Shown: positions 40,802 through 47,441 of the stretch, piece after piece | How positions within the stretch are numbered: position 1 is the first letter of the stretch | Layout: every line of letters begins with the position of its first letter | DNA from: a virus | Lineage: Duplodnaviria; Caudoviricetes | Reading direction: 5' to 3' (one strand) | Length of the DNA: 61,073 nt | Virus record (IMG/VR): IMGVR_UViG_3300022747_000019 | Span: 1 to 61,073 of that record | Translations under genes and position numbers: made by a program | The notes under the pieces: generated by a model | The model's database searches: none | Told to the model about the DNA's origin: nothing | What the model saw: only the letters and a program-made list of their open reading frames with translations

Positions 40802-40877
40802 GCAACTCTAGCTGATGTGGTCATAGCGGCGGTCTGAAGAGCCGTTGAAACAGGTTCGATCCCTGTGGGTTGCACCA
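40802..40877 (+). tRNA. tRNA-Phe(GAA)
   Basis: GCGGT-CTGAAGA-GCCGT; CCA. Confidence 0.85.
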
Positions 40878-40932
40878 GAATTTTTGGTTGAAGTATCGCA
40901 CTTCGATCTTTTTAGCTAAAAAAGGAAATCAT

Positions 40933-41208
40933 ATGATTAAAACTAAAGCAACTGATGCTGGCAAGGTTGGTGGAAACTACCCAGCAGGCGAAACCCTAAC
41001 AGGTACTGAAAAGACTCGTGTTGGTGGTCAAATGCCTTCTACAGACCCACTACCAACTATGGCCGACCAATTCCCTTGGTTAACTGCCACAGCTTCTGCT
41101 CAAACTGCTCAAGCACAAGATTCACAAACATTACCAATGTTTAGTCCAAGTGCTGGTTTCACAGATACCGGCGCTTCTAGCACTGGCGATCTAGGTGGAG
41201 CAGCTTAA
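40933..41208 (+). CDS. Small low-complexity protein ending GDLGGAA
   Basis: AAGGA RBS, ATG at 40933. Confidence 0.65.
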   Translation: MIKTKATDAGKVGGNYPAGETLTGTEKTRVGGQMPSTDPLPTMADQFPWLTATASAQTAQAQDSQTLPMFSPSAGFTDTGASSTGDLGGAA

Positions 41209-41209
41209 T

Positions 41210-41431
41210 ATGGCCACGGATCGTACTAATATACCAGTTACTGGCGTACACCTTGTCAGTAACAACATGGCAATTGCACATACACCGGCATACTTAGTAG
41301 ATAATCCAGTAGGTCTAGCAGTAGAAGGTACTTCTACTCCTAATGCTGGACTGTCTGTATTTATGAATCCTGTTGAAGGAAACGTAGATACTGGCGTAAG
41401 CCATGAAGGTGATTTAGGCGGAGCCGCTTAA
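41210..41431 (+). CDS. Small paralog ending GDLGGAA
   Basis: Coupled to the previous ORF; same C-terminal motif; hairpin follows. Confidence 0.65.
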   Translation: MATDRTNIPVTGVHLVSNNMAIAHTPAYLVDNPVGLAVEGTSTPNAGLSVFMNPVEGNVDTGVSHEGDLGGAA

Positions 41432-41539
41432 TTTACCTAATAGCCCTAGCAATAGGGCTATTTAATATAGAGACTGGTGTTGTTATGGTGGAACAACTAA
41501 AGGGACGCCCAATCCCAACAGTCTTTATATTAAATATAT

Positions 41540-41614
41540 GCTCCCGTCGTCTACTGGCTAGGACGCTGCCCTTTCAAGGCGGAAAAGACGGATCGAAACC
41601 GTTCGGGAGTACCA
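41540..41614 (+). tRNA. tRNA-Glu(TTC)
   Basis: CTGCC-CTTTCAA-GGCGG; CCA. Confidence 0.85.
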
Positions 41615-41619
41615 ATTAC

Positions 41620-41695
41620 ATCCTATTCATCTAGAGGCCAAGGATAACTGGTTTTCATCCAGTTCACGTCGGTTCGAATCCGGCATAGGATGCCA
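41620..41695 (+). tRNA. tRNA-Glu(TTC), third distinct copy
   Basis: ACTGG-TTTTCAT-CCAGT; GCCA. Confidence 0.8.
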
Positions 41696-41748
41696 GAACT
41701 CGCCTGACTGGTGGCGTACAATGAGATAAGTAACCAGTCACAAATTTC

Positions 41749-41823
41749 ACTGATGTAGCTCAGCGGCAGAGCAATCGCTTGATAAGCGATAGGTCGAGGT
41801 CTCGGAATCCTCCATCAGTACCA
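41749..41823 (+). tRNA. tRNA-Ile(GAT)
   Basis: ATCGC-TTGATAA-GCGAT; CCA. Confidence 0.85.
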
Positions 41824-41924
41824 AAACAATCATGCAGGTAGATAGACGCCAGAATGATCTTTAGTCCAATAGTGTTTATGGCTAATAACTATACACCTTT
41901 TTACACATCACACAAGGAATTATT

Positions 41925-42152
41925 ATGAATCCATTTGAAATCCGCGCTCAGCTGATTGAACAAGCTGCTGACTTCCTAAAGCGTCAGCACGAAATCAATA
42001 CTGAGTTCGCTAAGAAAACATTCGACGAACTGGTTAAGCAAGGCCAAAAAGTGCAAGCCGATTACAAAGCATACATGCCAGAAATGTATAGCTTTGAAGA
42101 CGTTATTGCTCAGGCTGAGAAGCTATACGGGTTTGTCAAAAATGCTAAGTGA
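41925..42152 (+). CDS. Hypothetical phage protein
   Basis: 75 aa with AAGGA RBS. Confidence 0.6.
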   Translation: MNPFEIRAQLIEQAADFLKRQHEINTEFAKKTFDELVKQGQKVQADYKAYMPEMYSFEDVIAQAEKLYGFVKNAK

Positions 42153-42311
42153 GTTAATGAGCCGTGTGCAGGAAATGTTCAAGCCCTACACATTAGATCA
42201 ATTCATAGCAGACGGTAATCCACAAGATCATAATGACGTTCAGCGTCTAGAAAGAATCTGGCAGGATTATCAGAACAAGCGTTTATTCAACACTTGTTAT
42301 TGAACATATAT

Positions 42312-42382
42312 CGCGGTGAGTCAGGGTAGAAGCAAGTCTCATAAGCTCCGCTTAGATGGTTCGAGTCCATCCACCGCAACCA
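42312..42382 (+). tRNA. Initiator-type tRNA-Met(CAT), degenerate D and anticodon stems
   Basis: C1:A72 mismatch, CTCATAA loop, good T arm, ACCA. Confidence 0.55.
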
Positions 42383-42415
42383 AAACCAGTGCAGCTGCGA
42401 TGATTAAGATCGCAC

Positions 42416-42490
42416 GGAAATATAGCACAGCGGTAGTGCACATCCTTCATACGGATTAGGTCGGGAGTTCGAATCTCTCTATTTCCACCA
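42416..42490 (+). tRNA. tRNA-Met/Ile2(CAT)
   Basis: ATCC-TTCATAC-GGAT; CCA. Confidence 0.82.
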
Positions 42491-42618
42491 CAAAAAATAT
42501 TGGCTTGTTTTAAAATGCCAAAGCCTGTATAATTATTGTTTTCGGTGAGAGAAGTAAAGTTACAATGAACAGATTCTGAAATTTGTACTTGTTCTCTCAT
42601 TGATTTTCAAGTATAATT

Positions 42619-42873
42619 TATACTTAAATTAAACACTCTGACCGTAGCGACAGAAGTCAGTTACTTCATAACTTAAAGTACTATGATGTAACGACTATAC
42701 CGCCGAATTGGTCGCGGCTGTGAAACCTAAGGGCTTGTTCCCGTTCACATTAATCTAGGTAGTGAGCAATACACTTAAAAATAAGAAGTGGTTTAGGTAA
42801 AGCAACCACTTTAATCAAAAACTCCAGAACTGTTTTCGAACATTCTCGGTTTAGTGTGTTTAATTTAGGTATA
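42619..42873 (+). ncRNA. About 250-nt stem-closed structured RNA with GTTACTTC motif
   Basis: TATACTTAAATTAAACAC/GTGTTTAATTTAGGTATA closing helix; promoter just upstream; no ORF. Confidence 0.55.
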
Positions 42874-42996
42874 GTGAAAGAAACAGCTACTTCTGACTGT
42901 TAATCAGGGAGTCTAGGTTCGAATCCTAGCAGGTCGTCTTAGATCTGTAATGTAATGGTAGCATCCTTCCGTTCTGTTTCGCCTTGTTCTTATCTA
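42866..42996 (+). ncRNA. YrlA-like Y RNA (permuted tRNA mimic) with intact Asn(GTT) anticodon arm
   Basis: GAAACAG/CTGTTTC stem, CTACTTC, TCTGA-CTGTTAA-TCAGG, T arm, closed acceptor CAGGTC/GATCTG, D arm; directly upstream of Ro60. Confidence 0.8.
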
Positions 42997-43011
42997 TTTA
43001 AAAGGAATCAA

Positions 43012-44322
43012 ATGTCTTCGATCAATCGTGTTGTTCGTACACCTGCATTTAACTCTGTGGGTACAAAAGTGCCTGCTATTAATGCAGAGCGTCAACTAAA
43101 GCGTGTTACTCTTGCAGCTATGCTGTGGGATAATCAGTTTTATCTTGATGGTAAAACTCACGCAGAACTGGTCAAAGACCTTGTGGCTAAAGTCGCTCCT
43201 GAAAAGGTAACGGCTCTAGCTGAGGAAGCCCGTACAAAGTTCAAACTGCGTCACATTCCTCTGTTGCTTGCCCGCGAGCTTGCTCGAAACGGAAAACTGC
43301 AAGCAAACGCGTTGACTAATGTCATTCAGCGTCCAGACGAAATGTCTGAGTTCCTGTCCATTTATTGGAAGGAAGGCAAATCTGCTGTGTCGAACCAGGT
43401 TAAAAAAGGCTTAGCGGCTTGTTTTAACAAGTTCAATGAGTACCAGCTTGCCAAATGGAATAAGAACTCTGCCGCAATCAAATTGCGTGATGTGATGTTC
43501 ATTTCCCACCCTAAACCGCAAAATGCCGAGCAAGAGGCGCTTTTCAAGCGCATCGCGGCTGATACACTTGAGACACCAGACACATGGGAAACTCAACTAT
43601 CTAGCGGCGCAGATAAGTGTGGTACGTTTACCCGTCTTATGACGGAAAAGAAACTAGGAGCCCTAGCTTTCTTGCGTAATCTGCGTAATATGCGCGACAG
43701 TGGTGTTTCGGATTCCCTTATCCGTAGTTATGCATCTACTGTTGACGTTAGCAAAGTCCTGCCATTCCGCTATATTGCGGCGGCTCGTATTGTACCACAA
43801 TACGAAGACATGCTAGAAACAATGATGTTCCGTAGCCTAGCTACACATCAAAAAATCCCTGGAAAGACAGTCTTGTTAATCGACGTTAGCGGCAGCATGT
43901 TCGGTACCAAGATTTCCGCAAAATCAGATCTAGATCGCTTCGATGCGGCAGCAGCACTCGCTATGTTGTGCCGTGAAGTATGCGAAGAAGTCGAGATTTA
44001 TAGCTTTAGTAACAATGCTGTGCGTGTCGCACCTCGTCGCGGATTTGCTCTCCGTGAAGCTATTACAAACTCTCAAGGTCACGGTGGAACTGCCTTAGGC
44101 AATTCCATGAAGACTGTGAACGGCAATGGTTCGTATGATCGTTGTATCGTGTTCACTGACGAGCAAAGCTATGATCGCCCAGGTGCTCCTCGTGGCCGTG
44201 GTTACGTTGTTAACGTAGCAAGCTACCAAAACGGAGTTAACCATAGTGCATGGACAGAGATTAACGGCTTTAGCGAGTCTGTTATCGACTATATCCAAGC
44301 CTTGGAGCAGGAAGCTGCTTAA
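43012..44322 (+). CDS. rsr: Ro60/TROVE-domain RNA-binding protein with vWA domain
   Basis: FNEYQLAKW, KLRDVMFISHPKP, TWETQLS, AFLRNLRNM, LPFRYIAA, MIDAS DVSGSM and FTDEQ; AAGGA RBS before ATG 43012. Confidence 0.92.
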   Translation: MSSINRVVRTPAFNSVGTKVPAINAERQLKRVTLAAMLWDNQFYLDGKTHAELVKDLVAKVAPEKVTALAEEARTKFKLRHIPLLLARELARNGKLQANALTNVIQRPDEMSEFLSIYWKEGKSAVSNQVKKGLAACFNKFNEYQLAKWNKNSAAIKLRDVMFISHPKPQNAEQEALFKRIAADTLETPDTWETQLSSGADKCGTFTRLMTEKKLGALAFLRNLRNMRDSGVSDSLIRSYASTVDVSKVLPFRYIAAARIVPQYEDMLETMMFRSLATHQKIPGKTVLLIDVSGSMFGTKISAKSDLDRFDAAAALAMLCREVCEEVEIYSFSNNAVRVAPRRGFALREAITNSQGHGGTALGNSMKTVNGNGSYDRCIVFTDEQSYDRPGAPRGRGYVVNVASYQNGVNHSAWTEINGFSESVIDYIQALEQEAA

Positions 44323-44385
44323 TTAACTTACCCACGACCCAAGCCTGTAGCCAGTCAGGTGTTAGAAAGGTGGGGCTCTAAGCTA

Positions 44386-44481
44386 AGGGCTTAGATTAGC
44401 ATATGGTGCACAAGTACAGTTACTTCTATTTGGTTTGAAAACACACTGTACTTACTTATTCCTATGTTAATCTAAGCCCTT
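44386..44481 (+). ncRNA. Minimal Y-like hairpin RNA with ACAGTTACTTC motif
   Basis: AGGGCTTAGATTAGCATA/TATGTTAATCTAAGCCCT and AAGTACAG/CTGTACTT helices; just downstream of Ro60. Confidence 0.6.
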
Positions 44482-44588
44482 TGTGTTTTTAACAGATACA
44501 TCCTCCAAAAACCGCCCAACTCGCGGTTCTACCGGCTGTGACGGGAGTCCAGCCTCTGTTATTGTTGTTCAAGGGTTTAACCTTTATT

Positions 44589-44722
44589 GCTTTGGCGATA
44601 GTTGCAGTTTCATCAAAAGTTCGATTCTTTTATTTCCAGCCAAAAATTTTTGGAAATTCGCCAAGTGGTATGGCACCGGAACTGATAATCCGGCAAAAAC
44701 TCTGTAACGCCCTATTCCAAGC
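44589..44722 (+). ncRNA. Circularly permuted tRNA(Gln)-like RNA
   Basis: T arm + ATTTCCA-GCCA precedes TGGAAAT + D arm + CCGGA/TCCGG arm; ends pair (GTTGCAG/CTGTAAC). Confidence 0.7.
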
Positions 44723-44726
44723 ATTT

Positions 44727-44800
44727 ATCTCGCTAGTGTAATGGCAGCATACCGGTCTCCAAAACCGTTGGTCGGGGTTCGAGTCCCTGGCGGGATGCCA
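44727..44800 (+). tRNA. tRNA-Trp(CCA)
   Basis: CGGT-CTCCAAA-ACCG; GCCA. Confidence 0.88.
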
Positions 44801-44852
44801 AATTTTAGATTTGTCGCGGATTGCTTTTTGCGATATAATTATTCTTTAAATC

Positions 44853-44936
44853 GGAGTGAACGGAACAACGGTGTTCTAGCGGGCTGTAACCCCGTGGCCT
44901 TATGGTAGGTAGGTTCGATCCCTACTCACTCCACCA
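44853..44936 (+). tRNA. tRNA-Tyr(GTA) copy 1
   Basis: GCGGG-CTGTAAC-CCCGT; CCA. Confidence 0.85.
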
Positions 44937-44942
44937 AATTAT

Positions 44943-45026
44943 GGGACTGTGGTGTAATAGGTAGCCACAGGAGACTTAAAATCTCCCGCCTTGTGCGTGC
45001 CGGTTCGAGTCCCTGGCGGGATGCCA
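44943..45026 (+). pseudogene. Chimeric tRNA-Leu(TAA)/Trp pseudogene
   Basis: 5' part is Leu(TAA); sequence after the T loop is identical to the tRNA-Trp 3' end, so the acceptor cannot pair. Confidence 0.75.
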
Positions 45027-45078
45027 AATTTTAGATTTGTCGCGGATTGCTTTTTGCGATATAATTATTCTTTAAATC

Positions 45079-45162
45079 GGAGTGAATGGAACAATGGCGT
45101 TCTAGCCGGCTGTAACCCGGTGGCCTTATGGCAGGTAGGTTCGATCCCTACTCACTCCACCA
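45079..45162 (+). tRNA. tRNA-Tyr(GTA) copy 2
   Basis: GCCGG-CTGTAAC-CCGGT; CCA. Confidence 0.85.
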
Positions 45163-45265
45163 GTTTTCTTTAACGTGCTGACTTTCTGAGTTAGATTCAA
45201 TGGAGGGCTGATTTGAATCTCAGCCAAGACTTAGTGTAAGCGGCACGTTAAAGAAAATTACAAAT

Positions 45266-45349
45266 GCGACTGTGGCGTAATTGGTAGCCGCAAGGGACTT
45301 AAAATCCCTCGCCTTGTGCGTGCCGGTTCGAGTCCGGCCAGTCGTACCA
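45266..45349 (+). tRNA. tRNA-Leu(TAA)
   Basis: AGGGA-CTTAAAA-TCCCT; CCA. Confidence 0.88.
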
Positions 45350-45353
45350 TATT

Positions 45354-45429
45354 GGGTCTAAAGTGTTCATGGACGCACGCGGCACTGTCACTGCCGAAGA
45401 GTGGGGATCGTTACCCCCTAGACCCGCCA
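45354..45429 (+). tRNA. tRNA-Asp(GTC)
   Basis: CGGCA-CTGTCAC-TGCCG; GCCA. Confidence 0.87.
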
Positions 45430-45634
45430 AAACCTGCCTTAGGTCCGTGTCGTTCCGGTTAGAGCGTCCGTAACTCATCCGTTGGATACGATAAGTCCAA
45501 GCTGGAACCGTAACCAGCATAATTAATTCTAGCGAGAATGCGCTATAGTGTGTAGGTTGATTTCCTCCTTCCGTCAACTGAAGCTCACTCGGGGATTGCG
45601 CACCGGGCGCTAGAATTAATTATGAGGAACATAA

Positions 45635-45814
45635 ATGACTCCAAATAACATACGAGAACTGCTACTTCCCTTAGTTGGAGAAGATTTAGTAGATTCTTGG
45701 TATACTAGCCCTAACAAGGCTTTTGATAATAAAACTCCTGAACAGATGTTCGAGGAAGGTAAGCGCAAAGAAGTCTTTGATTACCTTATCGCGCAAATGG
45801 ATCAAGGTAGTTAA
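45635..45814 (+). CDS. Orphan Xre/MbcA/ParS-type antitoxin C-terminal domain (59 aa)
   Basis: Hand-translated: ...DSWYTSPNKAFDNKTPEQMFEEGKRKEVFDYL; GAGGA RBS. Confidence 0.6.
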   Translation: MTPNNIRELLLPLVGEDLVDSWYTSPNKAFDNKTPEQMFEEGKRKEVFDYLIAQMDQGS

Positions 45815-45822
45815 CCGAATAT

Positions 45823-45897
45823 TCCAGAGTAGCACAGCGGTAGTGCAGTTGACTGTTAATCAATTGGTCGTAGGTTCGATCCCTGCCTCTGGAGCCA
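45823..45897 (+). tRNA. tRNA-Asn(GTT)
   Basis: GTTGA-CTGTTAA-TCAAT; GCCA. Confidence 0.9.
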
Positions 45898-45902
45898 GAA
45901 TT

Positions 45903-46022
45903 TTTAGTCTTAGCGACTTGATTAGTTACTTCTTTTTACTTTTAATAAAAACGACTGGGGTTCGATTCCCTGGAGGCCGCTGGTGCATGGGCCAATTTCT
46001 AATCTATCTATTCTAGACTAAT
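45903..46022 (+). ncRNA. YrlA-like RNA displaying a Lys(TTT) anticodon arm
   Basis: TTAGTCT/AGACTAA and GATTAG/CTAATC helices, GTTACTTC, TTTTTA-CTTTTAA-TAAAAA, T arm GGG-TTCGATT-CCC. Confidence 0.7.
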
Positions 46023-46029
46023 TTCATGT

Positions 46030-46103
46030 TGGGGAATGGTGTAATGGTAGCACTTGTGATTTTGATTCAGACAGTCTAGGTTCGATCCCTAGTTCCCCTG
46101 CCA
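46030..46103 (+). tRNA. tRNA-Gln(TTG)
   Basis: TTTTGAT loop; GCCA. Confidence 0.82.
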
Positions 46104-46116
46104 CCTAATCTAATAA

Positions 46117-46193
46117 CCGTCTTTAGCACAACTGGAAAGTGTCCTGGCCTACGAAGTCATGGGGTGGGAGTTCGAATCTCTCAGGACGGACCA
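46117..46193 (+). tRNA. tRNA-Arg(ACG)
   Basis: TGGC-CTACGAA-GTCA; CCA. Confidence 0.83.
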
Positions 46194-46199
46194 TATATC

Positions 46200-46670
46200 A
46201 TGCGTAAATTTAACATTGAAGAAGTGAAAGAGTTCATTCGTAATTCTAGTCCTGAAACTAAGATTTATCTTGGTGCGGATTCAGAACGCGTTATGGCACA
46301 CGGAAAATGGTACGCTGATTATACCTTAGCTATTGTTGTACACATTGATGGTAAACATGGCTGTAAGATTTTCGGTGACGTTCAACGTGAAAGAGATTGG
46401 GATCAAAAAGCTAATAAGCCTTCTATGCGTCTAATGCAAGAAGTTTATAAGATTAGTGATTTGTTCCATGAACTGTCAGACGTTCTAGAAGATCGTTATG
46501 TTGAAGTTCACTTGGATATTAACCCTAATGAACGGTATAAATCCTCAGCAGTTGTACAACAAGCTGTTGGATATATCAAAGGCACTTGTAACATTGATGC
46601 ACAAGTTAAGCCAAAAGCCTTCGCAGCTTCCTATGCTGCGGATCGTTTAAAATTTGTATTGAGTAATTAA
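46200..46670 (+). CDS. RNase H-like YkuK (DUF458) family protein
   Basis: IYLGADSE...RLMQEV...EVHLDIN...KPKAFAASYAAD. Confidence 0.8.
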   Translation: MRKFNIEEVKEFIRNSSPETKIYLGADSERVMAHGKWYADYTLAIVVHIDGKHGCKIFGDVQRERDWDQKANKPSMRLMQEVYKISDLFHELSDVLEDRYVEVHLDINPNERYKSSAVVQQAVGYIKGTCNIDAQVKPKAFAASYAADRLKFVLSN

Positions 46671-46876
46671 AATGACTGATAGATTTGATCTTGAGCAGAA
46701 TATTATGCAATGCTGGAATGTTTGTGATGACATTCAGCTAATGCTTGATAGCTGGGATAAGATGACTGAAGACGAGAAGCAGAACTTGCTAATCGGAGTG
46801 AAGCAAATGTATCAGTTGAAGTTTGAAAAGTGCTGGGACAACTTTGAAAAGTGTGTCAGTACAAGACAGATTTAAT

Positions 46877-46952
46877 GTTGGTGTGACCCGAACGGTGAGG
46901 GCCCGGATTGCAAATCCGTAGTATGCAGGTTCGAGTCCTGTCACCAACTCCA
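46877..46952 (+). tRNA. tRNA-Cys(GCA)
   Basis: CGGA-TTGCAAA-TCCG; TCCA. Confidence 0.87.
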
Positions 46953-46953
46953 T

Positions 46954-47028
46954 GCCGGTTTAGCTCAGTGGTAGAGCATCCGCCTTGTAAGCGGGAGGTC
47001 GTAAGTTCAATCCCTACAACCGGCACCA
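46954..47028 (+). tRNA. tRNA-Thr(TGT)
   Basis: TCCGC-CTTGTAA-GCGGG; CCA. Confidence 0.88.
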
Positions 47029-47111
47029 TATTTTAGCACTTTAGAAGCCCACGCCTGTGCACAGGTACGTGAATGTGGTTACGACGCTTGTCCGTTAGAG
47101 TGCTAAAATAT

Positions 47112-47430
47112 GGTTGTATGAAGCAGACAGAAAAGTGTTCTGGACGCGGGTTCGACTCCCGCCATCTCCACCGAAGCATACTGAGCCGACTGTAGAATTC
47201 AGTAAGCATTTAGGGAAGATCCACGTTTAGTGTGTTTCGTTGGGGATGTCATGGTTTCGACAGGGCAAAGAGTAAACAAGTAGACAACTCGGCAATGTAG
47301 AAGCCGTAGGGTTGGGTAACCGGCCGCAGAAGCAAAACAAAAATAAACGCAAACGAATCAGTTTACGCATTAGCAGCTTAATTGCCGCTTAGGGTTTTTG
47401 TCGGTTCCTCGTAACAGAATACCGACTCTA
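47112..47430 (+). ncRNA. ssrA: Circularly permuted (two-piece) tmRNA, tag ANESVYALAA*
   Basis: 3' acceptor piece GGACGCGGGTTCGACTCCCGCCATCTCCACC (to 47172) precedes the 5' piece GGGGATG...TTCGAC (47242); G3:U70; tag at 47349-47381. Outer ends approximate. Confidence 0.9.
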
Positions 47431-47441
47431 TTAAGGAATTT

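Noticed and set aside
41620-41695. Opal suppressor or Sec tRNA (TCA)
   Set aside because: The 5-bp stem centres the loop on TTC; no sign of stop-codon reassignment in the ORFs.
42955-43011. Longer N-terminus for Ro60
   Set aside because: Overlaps the Y RNA D arm; a strong AAGGA RBS precedes ATG 43012.
44490-44560. Twister/pistol ribozyme or riboswitch in the two-hairpin element (also 45430-45515, 38490-38545)
   Set aside because: Structured, but I could not place the conserved core of any known class; needs cmscan.
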